A DNA stretch of 64,000 nt from Eutreptiella sp. 'Long Island Sound 2002' (taxonomy: Eukaryota; Protista; Euglenida). The position numbers were made by a program, and so were the translations under genes. The stretch lies in assembly GCA_964036045.1 (NCBI GenBank), contig OZ038379.1, positions 10,664,001 to 10,728,000 of the forward strand, given 5' to 3'. Below, piece by piece: positions 11,771 through 24,047 of this stretch. Numbering within the stretch: the first letter of the stretch is position 1; every line of letters begins with the position of its first letter. A model generated the notes under the pieces. That model was not told where the DNA came from, did no database searches, and saw only the letters and a program-made list of their open reading frames with translations.

Positions 11771-12662
11771 GGGAATGCCATGCACGCAGTGCGCACGCAG
11801 TGCCCACGCAGTGCGCACGCAGTGCAAAGTTTTGTATGTCGGTAACTACCTGAACCCTAGTTTTGGCCCTTTTGCGGAGGTTTGTTGTTCAATAGTAGGA
11901 TTTTTTAAGCTTTTTATGCATTCATGATGACACGCTGACCTTGACCCCAAAGATGTGGCTTGGTGGATTGATCGGTGCTCCGTTGGGCGCTCCAAGGAGC
12001 CTTGGGAAGTATATTCACAACTCCATAAACATGTCAACCTCATTGGTGTTGATTGTGTTATAGCGGAGGAATTCTGCATGAAGTATGGCGCGGAAGGTTT
12101 GTTGTCCCAGCAGGACCTTCCAATACCTCTATTTTCTTCGGCAAATTCCAAGTTGGGACAACTGTGCCTATGTGTCTCGCTCAAATTGTTCGGATGATGT
12201 GTATATGTGATGTACTCTTAAATCCCAAGTACACAGGCCATGTTTATAAGGTAACGGTGGCCGTGGACAACCTTGGGAATATAGTGTGGATATGTGATCT
12301 TATGACGGGAAAGTCGGCGGATGTTATGATTTGGGATCAACGTGGTCCTTCGCGAATACACGGACGGTTCTTTGATTATGAAGTAGGTAATCACGATGGC
12401 GCTTACAAGGGTTACAGTGGTTGCAACTGCATAGTGGTACTCTACAACACTAAATGAGATGTTCATAGGTACATCAAAGTACCGGGTTGGTAGTGGTTCA
12501 ATGTGTGTCCTGTTGGCTTTGTTGCTTTGCAGTGTTATACAAAGGTGGCATGGGGTGGGTTTCACTGCAATGTGCACGCAGTGCCCACGCAGTGCGCACG
12601 CAGTGCCCACGCAGTGCACACGCAGTGCGCACGCAGTGCGCACGCAGTGCAAACACTTTGCC
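11771..12662 (+). mobile_element. PIF/Harbinger-like element with DDE_Tnp_4 transposase fragments
   Basis: TSD ACT/ACT; GCACGCAGTGC arrays at both ends; KVTVAVDNLGNIVWICDLMTGKSADVMIWD...HDGAYKG. Confidence 0.85.
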
Positions 12663-12863
12663 ACTGGCCCAGTGAGCCCCCTTGAAGGAACGGGGGCTGT
12701 TTCGGAAAGGGGGTTTTTGGGCAGCCTGTGCAAAGAGGGTGTGGTTTGGACATTTACTTTTTCGACCACCCATGCGATCAGATGTCTTGGTTTGTGTCCC
12801 CTTCGTCATCATGTCTGGTGTTCACAGTTTTGGGGCTAGTTTCTGGTTACCATTTGATGTTGC

Positions 12864-13064
12864 CTCAGTGGCGTGGCAGTCTCTGGTACTGCATGAGTGA
12901 GTGACAGACTACAGATGAGTTTCAAATATACGTCCCGCCACTAATGGTGGTATGCGACCCAGGAATCGCACGGGACAACATATGTTGTACTTACACTGTC
13001 ATTACTGATCCGGCCCGTCTGGCCGAGCACTTATGATGAACTTGTGAGTCTGAGTCAAAAAAAA
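12864..13064 (+). mobile_element. Short poly(A) retroposon with 26-bp TSD
   Basis: AGTTTCTGGTTACCATTTGATGTTGC at 12838-12863 and 13065-13090; insert ends ...GTCTGAGTC-poly(A). Confidence 0.85.
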
Positions 13065-13976
13065 AGTTTCTGGTTACCATTTGATGTTGCTTTTTTTTCA
13101 CTGTAGCTCCATTGTGTGTTTGCTGATCTTCACCTTGAGCACAGGCTACTGTGCCTCTGCTCTTTTCCCCCTTTCTTCTCTTTTTTGCAGGGCAGCCAGC
13201 TTCGGACTGCAAGGTTGGTCCATAAAAAGTTGCCAAGGGTGAAGAAACAAACCCCAGCCCCCTCTCATGTCTTTGTTCTCAAGACCAAGATCCTGTATGA
13301 CGAACCAAAGTGAGCTTTAAGGCTCATACCAAGCACAAGCACGCTCCCTGCAGCGTATATAAGTGTGTCATCCAACGAAAGTAGATTCCCACTGTGCTGC
13401 TGTTGCCCCCCCCCCCCCCCCTCCAACATACAGGCTCTGAGGGAGGGGGCCTATGTCGCCACATGAGCCGTGAGCTGTGGTGCAGCCAGACAGTCAATAC
13501 TCAACTTGATTGAGCAATGACCGTTCGGTAGCTAAATATCCGTTGCTTCGTGCCCCCCCACTCCAACATACATATCAGAAACATATACTTCATTGTTGTG
13601 TTTTCTCGTTTGCTGTTACCTTCTCTTCCCTACTGTTTGACTAATCGGTCCACCAACACGGTCAGGCAGAATGAGTGCCAGCTTTGTGCCATGAGGGTGG
13701 TTCAGTTCTTTGTGTTGTTTTTCGGAATGAGTCGAATTCAGGTCTCGGACAGATTGCTCCTTTGGAGGATCATGTGTACATTCACTGTGCGACTGCATAA
13801 TGATGCATTGTTTTGAAGATGTACATGGATGGTGGAGTATCCCAAGGAGGGGACACGTGTGAACTTGGCTTCAGCAAACAATCTGGACTAATGGCTGAAA
13901 GTGTCTACTGTGGGACCTTCAGTTGGTCAGAACCGACCATTGCTCCCCCCAACATACAGCTTGTGCAAGGTATGTA

Positions 13977-14819
13977 CAGGGGGGCTCGGGATTTCGCGAC
14001 GGGAGTATTTCGTTGTGGGAAATTTCACATTTCAAATGTGTGCGAAATTTCCAGCTCAGTTTTCAGGCCGCTGTGCGAAATCGTGTCGAATTTTAGCCAC
14101 CCGCCGGCGCTTCTTCAATTCATCAATGATCCGCAATGCATGGCCGTGCTCGAGCCAAAGCGGGGGCATAGTTGCTTGTACCCAAGGGTGCCACAATATC
14201 TGCACCTGCACTGGAGACACACTGCTTGGTCTTTTTTGCAGCAGGCTCACTGTCACTGCCACTTGCAGACATGGAGGCAGAAACAGGTGCAGAAACAGAT
14301 ACAGGAATAGATGCAACAGATGAGCTGTCGTTGGAGATTGCTGGGGACGGAGAAGGAGCGCGATCAGTTTCAGAACCTGGAGGGGAGTGTCAGCAATTTG
14401 TGCTCTCAGTTGCATGTTTGCAAACAATTTTTGATGGGATTCCTGTGTGCATTCGTCTTCTTGTGGCTTTGTTTCGTGCATGAAAACAAGAGTTTCTTCA
14501 TGAAGCTGCTGGGTCATTGGTTTGGGGTTGCCAGGAATTGAATCCAGGAATTTTCTGCTGACAGACCACTGCACATCCACTAGAGAAGGCCTGTCACTGA
14601 CATATGCCAGCTGAAGGACCATTTACAGACCGAAGGACGGATTTTTCAAAATTTGAGCACTCTGGCTGCACAGCAACCAAAAGGAAGGTGTGCTTGGGGC
14701 CTGGGATTGAGATCCAAGTCATGCAGCAACCTCCTGGGGTAAAAAATCCTGGAAGCATGCGAAATTTTCCACTGAATTTGCTCGTGTGAAAAATTCCCGG
14801 TGCAACCCCCCACCCCCTG
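13977..14819. mobile_element. TA-flanked TIR element (Tc1/mariner-like signature), non-autonomous
   Basis: TA|CAGGGGG ... CCCCCTG|TA; GCGAAATTT-type subterminal motifs also seen at 4500-4730. Confidence 0.6.
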
Positions 14820-15775
14820 TACTGTATCAATCGGTGGCACACAGGAGAGGACTAAGAAAGAAGCAAGAGCACAAGCACGGTTACGGCGCGCTGGGGAGTG
14901 GCATTCCACACCTGTGGGGGGGGGGGGTATAGAAAGGGGAGGATGCCACAGGAGGGCCAACCTGCCAAGGGTTTGTGAAAAAATCGTAACTGGCACGCAG
15001 CCGACACCACCGACAAGTGTAAGGATCAGGTGTCAAGTGTCAAGTGTGTAGAGGGTTAGGACATTTTCTTCCAGGGGCCTGGCTACTCTGTCACTGCAAC
15101 CCTGATTTTGGCGGGTTTGGGGAGGTGCGGAGCACGCAGGTGTGCAGGTGTGTCTCACTCTGGGGGTTTTGGGGGAGCGCGGGGCATGTGAACTTGTTTT
15201 GGTTTGCAGTTCGTGGAGTCGCAGGGTTGTGAACGCTTTTTGAAGTGATGTACTGTGGCTGCGGCATCCCGGAATAGTGACCAATTGTACCTGAATGTCA
15301 TCCCCCTCCCTCTCCGTGCTGATAGTGTATGAAATACAACCCACTGATTCATCTCAGCCTTCAGTCTTCACACCGCTGTCTTTTTCAGCCTACAGTCTTT
15401 GTGCCTCGTGCACACTGGGAAGCCTATGGGTGTAGCAGTCTCCCACTGCATACCCTGGTTTCAGACTCAGCTCACTATGGTACTACGGTACGTGTCAGAT
15501 CCGCTACCACGCCATTTTGGGATCATCGCAGCACCGGAGAGCTCTGAACCTTGATTCCGAGAAGTTATCTCGAGTACTGTGAAGTGAGCAGGCAATGCCA
15601 GCTCATCTTAGTCTGAACCCCCCCCCCCCAAAAGAAACCAAAAACAGAGTTGTACATTGTGCAATCTTCTGGCTCACAAAGGTACTCTGCTGTTCATGTT
15701 GCTTTCGTGGCCTGTTCATGTATCCTTTGTGGCCTGTTCAAAAATACGAAATGTATTGATTTTGATCGGATTGAT

Positions 15776-16814
15776 TACTCTTCCTCGTCAGGGAGGTGCC
15801 TGCTGTGCGGTACGCGCAGTGCCCAGGTGCATCAGGGTGTGCGCGGTTGATTGCATCCGTGACCCGTGTTGCATGTGGGTCCTGCAAGCCACCACGTCTC
15901 TCCGTCTCAAGTCCCGGGCTCATGCTCAGGACACTTGAAGTACACAGTGTACGTGGTGCGCGTGGGCATGGGTGGGCTCTGAGCCCAGACAGCTGTCCCT
16001 GTGGCGTTCAATGTGGCTGAGGACCACCGCCCCGGAGATTACCTGTTGTACCTCAGCTGCGCTCTACGGCCAAGGATCCAGCATACTTTGGTACTGATAT
16101 CTTTTTCTTTCACCTCCACGCACAGTGCACTCACATTTCAATGTGCACATGTTGGAGATGCAGTGTCATGCCATGCCTGTGGATGGATCAGTCTGGCGCT
16201 GGACACTGGTATTGCTCGATGCGACAACCTAAAAAAAGCCAGGGGTGCTGCAATTCTGATTGCAAGCTGCTCAGCCATCCTCTATGTTTTTGTTTGATCG
16301 GGGGCTCATGCCTTTCGAATTTCTTTTTGTGTATAGGTGCCGCTGGTGCATACACTGCAGGTGATCTGTCTCTGGCCTACATAGCTATAGAGATGCTGAG
16401 TTTCTTGTCGATCTTTCCACGCAGTGGCCTCACGGCGTGACAGCTTAAGCTGTACTTGATTCTGCCTACCTTCTGAACAGGCAAGTGGCAATGCGCCCGC
16501 TGCTGCAGAGCCCTCATCACACTTTTGGGTGTGTGCATGCCATGTTGTGCAAAAAATGCTTTTCATTCCGGGGCATTTCCTGAGTGCTTTCATTCCTTTA
16601 TAAAAACAGTTGAACAGTCAAAGATTTCGCAAGTCAGTCTCAAAAAAGATGAAGCATGCAATGGTCACTCAACATTGTCTTGTTGTTGCTCAAGCATTGG
16701 TGCTCGTGTTTGGGGAAAGGGGTTCTAGGTGGTAGAGTGGTAGTGCGCTGGGTGCGTGCCCGGCATCTTTTTTTTCTTTTTACCATTCCCCACCCATGCC
16801 TGTTTTTGCCCCCC
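15776..16814 (+). repeat. ~1.04-kb dispersed repeat, copy 1
   Basis: Near-identical by eye to 49292-50331; diverged partial copy at ~40090-40240. Confidence 0.9.
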
Positions 16815-17746
16815 TTTGATTGGAAAAAGAGGGCACCATGGGGGAAAACTTGAATGACCCTCATGAAGTGGTGACCTGCAAAAGCTTTAGTTTCCTCTGC
16901 TGAATGCCGCACAATTATAGTGCAAATATTCCGGCGCCCCATCTTTAAAGGCTGCCCCCCTCGCCTGCTTCAATAGTCAGGTTGTGGTGGTTGGCACAGA
17001 CTTGACTTGTCAAGCACAAGTTGCTTATTTTTTTTTTGTTGTAGGTCGTATGTAATTTTTGTTTTAGCGTAAGTTGCACGTGGAAAAAATAGGCCATAAA
17101 TGCTGAGGCTACACGACCTACAGCCCCAAAAAGTACATGATTTGTGCGACGTACATCCAAAAAAAAGTGCATGTGATGCACACTTTTTTTTTTAGCAATC
17201 TACACTGCATTAAAAGTATACGCGGCCTACATCCAAAAAAGAATGCACGTGAACTACGCTAGAAAATGAAATGAACGCTGTCAACCTTTCTCTGTTTTTA
17301 GAGGGCTTTGCGGCCACTTTGAATCCTCCCCGCTCTAGGGACGCCGAGACGGCATAGATTTTGTAGCCACTTGGATTTCTTCCTCCTTTTTTGGGGTCCC
17401 CGAGATGGTAGAGGTCATGTAGCCACTATGCCGTCATTCGGGCCCCCAAGACGGTAGGTGTTATGCCCGACCCCACCCCTTGTGCGCCGCGAACGGCTTG
17501 TCCAACGAACACTTGGTGTTTGGGCTGTATTACTTTGGTACCCAAATAAATTAGGTACCGAGTTCCAGAGACCATGATTTAAGCTAGACGATTGGGGAAA
17601 TGAGGGGTGTTGTGGTGTGTTTTGCAATGATGCTTATACAATTTGTGAAACGGAATGCAAGGTACTAGTAACCCTCAACGGTAGGACCTCTATTGCCCAC
17701 CATGCCGGGAGGTGCTATATGAGCATTGCCACACCCGTGAGCTAGA

Positions 17747-18144
17747 GAGAGTACGTTAGCGCGCCGGGCTCGCGCCAGGTGCGCCGGGCAAAGTTTTCCC
17801 ACGCTTTGGTGTGGCCCCTCGAGTTGGGGTTAAGGATTCCCACTCTTCACCGTGGCCACTTGAGTGGTCCGTCACGCACAAGAGGGGGATTCTTTGATTT
17901 TGAGGTGGGTTGCCATGATGGGGCCTACAAGGGTAGGGTGCATGTGATTGTTCCATTTGTTGGGCGAAAAAATAACAATTAAATTGACCGCCAAGGGCTA
18001 GACAATGTACTTGTGCGGAGGGTTCCCAGGCTAGAGGAGGGAGTGATGTTTGAGGGTAAGGCATTGTGATAGATGGCCTGAACATTCTTCTGGATGCTGG
18101 GAGCGCCGGCCCGCACTGGGCGCGCGCCGGGCAAATGTACCCTC
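17747..18144 (+). mobile_element. PIF/Harbinger-like deletion derivative
   Basis: TIR GAGAGTACGTT / AATGTACCCTC, flanks AGA/AAA; GCGCGCCGGGC repeats; FFDFEVGCHDGAYKGRVHVIVPFVGRK; homologous along its length to 61612-61975. Confidence 0.75.
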
Positions 18145-18429
18145 AAAACCCACAATTCTTTAGCTTACCATGCAAGGAGATGGGTTTTGTACGCTTGAAG
18201 TATTCAAGGAATGGGTGGGATTATGAGAATCTAGCAGCCTCTCTTAGTGCTTGGCGGCCCGCTCTACACTAGGGTGGGTATCTTGTGCTTACGGAGGTGC
18301 TATGTAAGTTATGCAATGTCGCACACACACTAAATGGCTTTTCCAACCAACACTCCGTCTTCAAGTTCGGTTCGGAGTGAATTATTTGGGGACTTTATGG
18401 TTCGCTAGACATGGGGGGGGGGGGGGGTT

Positions 18430-18990
18430 AGCCTATAATTTCGTCCCCGCGGGGGTGATGTAGCAATCTTGCCTACATGTGGGGCACAACACAGCAGGGG
18501 TTATATCGCTATTTTGATTTGCTCTCCACATTGGGGCCCGCGAGACGGCAATGACTATGTAGCCATTTTGAATTAATCCCCACATTGCACACTGGGGACC
18601 CCCAAGATGACAGGGGTTGTGTATCCATTTTGCCCACATGTGGGACCCTTAAGTAGGGGGGCTATATAGCCACTTCTGATTTTGTCCCCACAGTGGGGAC
18701 CTCCAAGATGGGGGTTATGTTGTCTTTTTTCCCACATGTGGGCCCTCAAGACGGCAAGGGTTCGATAGCCAGGTTGACTTTGTCGGCCCTAAGACAATAG
18801 TATGTAGCCAGCTTGGCCACATGTGGGCCCCCAAGATGGCAAAGGTTATGAAGCCATCTTGCCCACACGTGGGTATGATTTTGTCCCCTCATTGTGAACC
18901 CCCAGGGGTTATGTAGCCATTTTGCCCACATGTGGGCCCCCACAATGGCAGGGGTTGTGTAGCCATTTCTGATTTCATCCCCCTTTTGGG
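18430..18990 (+). repeat. Degenerate ~45-50-bp tandem array with palindromic cores
   Basis: CCCACATGTGGG / GGGGACCCCCAAGA / GGGGTTATGTAGCCATT units; same motif at ~17365-17450, 43180-43250, 45300-45450, 55655-55720. Confidence 0.75.
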
Positions 18991-19549
18991 GGGACTGGTT
19001 TTTGTTCTCCACTTTTCTATTATATTTGATTGTGTGTTGACGTGGTTTCCGTTGTGGTCGTTCCAATCGCGGTTGCCTTTGCGGCAATTTGTGCGCGCTG
19101 ACCGGTGGCATGATTTGCACTGCGATTTGAGTTTTGCCGTGAGATTTGCCCTCCGATTTGCATTGCGATTTGCGCTTTTAGGCTTCAAAGAATCATCGAA
19201 ATGCATCGGTTAGTTCAACTAGGGTGGGTATGCCCGTGTTTACACGCGCATCTGCACTTGCACTGTAATTTGCAATGTGATTTGCCATTTAGGCCTTCAA
19301 GAAAGCATCAGAATGCATTAGTGGTTTCAACTGCGGTAGGTATGCCCGCATTTACACGGGTATCTGCCCTAGTGTTTCTTTTTTGTATTGCTACACGACT
19401 TACATCCCAAAAACAATGCATGCAACCTAAACCCACAAAAAAAAGTGCACCCGACCTACATCCCAAAGAATTATACAGGCAAATGACATGTCAGAAAATT
19501 TGTGTTGTGTTTCTTCTCGCAGAAGGGGAAAGAGGGTATTGAATGCATG

Positions 19550-20050
19550 TATGCCGACTTTGATAGATATGGGGTGCCCATGTATGCCGGTCACGTTCAT
19601 GTGCATAGTAATAAATTTTGCATATTGTGTTTGCAAAAGTTAGCCAAAGACGGACAAACAAAGCCACTCCCTCGACGCATGCACTCCATGTCGGACACCG
19701 TACGCATACATGCACACTTGTTACCCGCAGGTGCATTCTCGGTCTCCGACACACTGCCGCATCCTGATGTGTTCGCGCACACAAAGGGTCCCACATTCGG
19801 GCGCCACACGCTACACCATACACGTTTGTGCACTGCGAATGATCTAGTAGATGCTCGTTTTCTGAATGACATGCACATCACCTCCACATCGATCGATAGC
19901 CAGATAGGCGTGGCGGACCGTCTGCAGTACTGCGTGAAGGAGCCACACATGTCATGCCAGCATGCTACATGGATGTCTGGTCTGCTCAGTTTTTGAGTGC
20001 ACCTGTGTTGTATAGAAGTGGACCTTCAGCTTCCCGGGGTTCTCCGGAGT
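19550..20050 (-). pseudogene. Possible Penelope-like RT remnant
   Basis: HFYTTQVHSK, WLSIDVEVM and GSGFVCPSLANF occur in RT motif order and spacing; heavily degenerate. Confidence 0.35.
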
Positions 20051-20890
20051 ACACTCAATGACACCTTGGGCGCTAGGAACCAAAAAAGACGAAGCCACTC
20101 CCTTGACGCACCGGAGGTGGTCGCAAGTTATGTTCGGTTGGCAGTGCAACGATCGGTGCCGGAGAAGCGATGTGGACACTACCTGATCCGTGTCGCACGA
20201 CAACTGAAAGGCCTCCTTCACGATTGTGAAGCGGAAGTTCCAGATGCGGGACCAAGCCGAGCGGCCCAGGACAAGCACCCGTCCATCTCAGCAATGAAAC
20301 TGTCAAGGTCCAAGTGGGCAAGACCAGGCCCAAGATCGTGGTGACCACACTCAACGGAAAAGGGTGCACCAAAAATTTTTGCTGCAAGTGACCGTGCAGC
20401 TGATTGCCCTTATTAAGGTATGGGCCATATTGGGGACGAACGGGTCCCTCAACCCCATCACCACGTACCGCGAGGATGAAGCATGCCACCGGGGCCCGAC
20501 GGAACCCTCCCAGGTGCCTAGTGTGGACCACGAGTCCCCGAGCTCAGAAGCCCAATCCAGCACTGTGGCCGGAAACAAGAGTCGGGATTCGGAAGCAAGC
20601 CCTAAACATGCGGAAACCGACGAGACCTCGGAGGGGACCCACGGGGAGTTGCAAGCGGAAAGTTCCAGTGACGGAAGCTGATGCACAATTCCAACTCGCA
20701 GCCGAGTAGAACCGCCAAAATGTGGGCCCGGACGTGTACCTTGTGTAGGTGTCGGTGCTGTTGGTGCTATTGATGCACCACTTGCGGTCTAAGGCAAATC
20801 ACAACGGGACCGGACATTTCCGAAGGGTATGCAACGCGTTTAGCTTCACCTTTCGGAGATGACTGGGACACAACCGTTGCCCGCAAGATC

Positions 20891-21011
20891 TGGAACACAT
20901 GCCAAATGTGGAGCACTCGTTTGTACTATATGCCCTACTTCTTGAACCAGGCGGTTGCCTGAGAGCTCACATTACACTCTTTGAACTTGTTGAGCCTGAG
21001 AAGAAAAAAAA
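20891..21011 (+). mobile_element. Short poly(A) retroposon with 21-bp TSD
   Basis: ACAACCGTTGCCCGCAAGATC at 20870-20890 and 21012-21032; insert ends GAACTTGTTGAGCCTGAG + A-rich tail. Confidence 0.8.
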
Positions 21012-21889
21012 ACAACCGTTGCCCGCAAGATCACATCCATCTCACCAGCCGAGTGGGGTCTCAACGCTGAGGCACGGCAGCATGCAAGCTGGGTCACAGC
21101 CACCCACCTCCATGGCAAGGGCCTGGGATCCCATAGAGCGTGCTGAGCCCATACCACGCCCCACACCGTATTGGAGGCCCCTAGGGTAGGCTCAACACGT
21201 CTATACGAGGGACGCCGTCCACAAGCCGAACCCACCCCACAAACTAGACACCCCCCTCGCCGGGCGCCGACCGGGACGCCAAGGCACCAGGGCACCGCTA
21301 GTGCATCCACTTCATCCCCATATGCGAATATGGGAATGTGATGCTCGGGAGACGACAACCGCATGCGGTGGACCGGGACGGCGGCGTGCGCCCAGTGTTA
21401 CGGGGAGATGCTGCGTAAGCCGTCGGAGCCTGACGGGCCGAGGAGGTGGGTACCCGGACACTAGGCCACAACGGCACAACCCTCCCCACCGCCGTATGCT
21501 GCGACACGGCGAGCGCGTCCATCTTTGCCGCCGCCGCTAGACCTTACCCCGCAGGAAAGCGCCACCCACTTTCTCATAGTGACAACCGTCCCCCCGAGCG
21601 TTGCTTGAGTCCGCTGCTATACACTGCAGCTCCCCCACCATCCCACATGGTACCGCAACCAGCTGACTTGGTGCGTTTGGAGAGGTGGGTCCGGACATGC
21701 CACCAAAACATCCAGTGGCAAATCCGCAACCGCGGTGTTTCGTCGGACACAACAGCTAATCCAAAGCGCGAGCGCCCGACCCCCACGGGGGCCGCCGCCG
21801 ACCGGCCTGTTTAGAGTGGGCCGCCACCAGATTGACCTATTGGGGCGGCACGAGGTGACACGGATGCATACCGCATGCTGTGCTCAGGC

Positions 21890-22070
21890 GGGGCCGCCGC
21901 CTTTTGTGGGATATATTGAATCACCCACAATCCATTCTCGAACCCCTCCAGGCCATCCGCGTGCTAGTGGTTAGCATACCAGACACTCCCGGCTTACGAA
22001 GCCCCTGCACGCCCCACAACAATGGGCACGTCAACGCACTTGGGTCTACCCCCTGTCCTAGTAGTTGGAG
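21890..22070 (-). pseudogene. Second, degenerate RNase H C-terminal remnant
   Basis: GVDPSALTCPLLWGVQGLRK...MLTTSTRMAWRG resembles GDNMGALAQLLWGRAGAGK...ILRRIAHRLRWTG at 54.6 kb. Confidence 0.4.
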
Positions 22071-22299
22071 CGGCCGTGTGTGGAGTCACAGAGTAGGCTA
22101 CATGCGCCATTGGATGGATATGGGGACGGGCGGACTTCCCATCACCGTGAGACCCACAATAGCCTCAGTCTCCGGAAGGGGGAGGATATTGATAGGGGGT
22201 GATGTGTGAGCACAGTGGAACCCCCCTAAAGGCACCACCTCCCTCTTCTCTGTTCATTTACTCGCAACCGTCCATGACACACTCATGTAAGAGCTCTCG

Positions 22300-23005
22300 C
22301 CTGAGGTCTTGCAGTTGGTGGGGTAGTCTCCGTTGTACTGTGATAGCCTGGGCAACATTGCCAGAGCGCACACATTTTGCACTGGGTGTGTGTCCCGAGT
22401 ATACTTGCGTGGCAGCCTTGGTTATAGTGTGCCTAGATGAGCCACACTCTGTCATGTCCCTAATGCTTGTATATCGGTTGCTCTACTAGGCCCCCGCCAT
22501 CCGGTGCGAAGGGGTCCATCTTCATGTGCCCCCAGGGGCCGTCTTGGCTGGAGGAGCGGATTGCACGGGCGCTCGCGGGAACCGAGTACGAGGAGCACGG
22601 GTGGCATTGCTGGTGCAGGGGCGGCACTGCCCTGCTCAAGTGGATGGGGGTGCCCATCGACATCGGTCAGTGGTGGGGCAGGTGGGGGTCCCGCCGTGTT
22701 GCAGCGGACTACACCCCCCCCCCCCCCGACTTCCCAGACAACCTGAGAACTTTCAATAGCCACCTGGAGTGGCGAATGCAAGGCAACATTCGGCACTGAT
22801 CTAGTTTGCGCTGCAGGGCAACAAGGCAAAACATTGAACTGAGTGTGGTGATGACCATGTGCATGTGACACGGGGGCGTATGCGAGCGTAGTATCCGTTG
22901 CCTCATGCCCCCCCCCCCCCCCGACTTCATCTTCACCCGGGAGTGCGCACTGCCATGGCCGTTCGGGTACACCAAGGTCAAAAGGAAGGCAATCACCCCT
23001 TTTGA
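22300..23005 (+). pseudogene. Degenerate tyrosine recombinase of a third VIPER/TATE-like element
   Basis: LAGTEYEEHGWHCWCRGG...GRWGSRRVAADYTPPPPDF and, after a ~190-bp interruption, PPPDFIFTRECALPWP match the 51.7-kb YR; first Arg of HxxR is Cys. Confidence 0.75.
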
Positions 23006-23890
23006 TTTGTCATTAAAAGCTACCAAATTCACAATAAAACATGCTTTCTCCCGATTTTTGGGTACCGGGAAAAAGGACCCGTGAGGGCCCAAGTTTGGCT
23101 CACGGACCGGTGTCAGAACTCCCTGCCCAATGAGTGCCCGTGCCATAATATTTCCCTCTTCGCTCGCTGGTCTCAGCCGGCTGAAGGATCCCTGCGAGGT
23201 GCCAAGGAAAGAAGTCAACCGCTGCCATATACTGATGGGTATGTGTATACAACCTACCGGACCCAACCCACGGCCCAGGATATCGACCGTTAAACCAACA
23301 AGTAGAAGCCTGGGGCCCGTGCTGTCGTGCAAGAAACATGCCCAGACCTCCACAGTGAAGGAGTCTATAGCCACACAAAACAAACCCAAAAAATTGGGCA
23401 AACCAAAATCGCGTGCCGGCAGCCAACCCCTCACCAAAAACAGCAATAAACGGATTTCAAGCAAACCCCGAGCCCTGGGACCACAACCCAGGACGGGTAC
23501 AACGTTTTCAATCCAACGGACCCATGATTGCCAACTCCTTCCCACGTCCGTCTCCGCAAGCTCCTGAAACGGCGTTGCTTTTCTGGCATCAAGTGGTCCT
23601 CCGAACGTCCGCTCCAGTTTTGATAGCATGCCAACCAGCAGGGGCCTCGACTCTGGCCCTCTTTGATCCGACGCTCGGTCCCAGTCCCCCGGGAGGGGGG
23701 AGTTCTCTGGTGAATTACTCCAAGCCACAACAGTCATTAGTGAGCCTACTCCAAGGATCTGCAGGATTATACTCACTGGGCACCCAACATAGAAACAGGG
23801 ACGTGCAAGCAGCTGACCAATTGAAGACCAACCTTCTGAGTACACGCGTCTGCGTAGATATCCGTGCGTTCTAAGCCTCCACCTTTGCAA
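23000..23890 (-). pseudogene. RT N-terminal half, on the minus strand
   Basis: GSFFPVPKNREKACFIVNLVAFND aligns with VFVKWKSERKCALIVNMKMFN of the 53-kb RT. Confidence 0.75.
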
Positions 23891-24047
23891 ATCCCCTCGG
23901 TGGAGTTGGCAGCTATTTTAATGCTGGTGCAAGTTCGGGTAATGTGAATCGCCTGCCGCCGGGGGTGAGGGGCGACTCCGACCCGCACATCGCTGTGGTG
24001 TGGGAGATGCTTTCTTTGCATGCCTCGGGGGGGGGGGGGGGGGGGGC

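Noticed and set aside
11780-12650. CRISPR-like reading of the 11-mer arrays or the 18.4-kb and 3.3-kb arrays
   Set aside because: Units are contiguous tandem repeats without unique spacers, there are no cas genes, and the context is eukaryotic.
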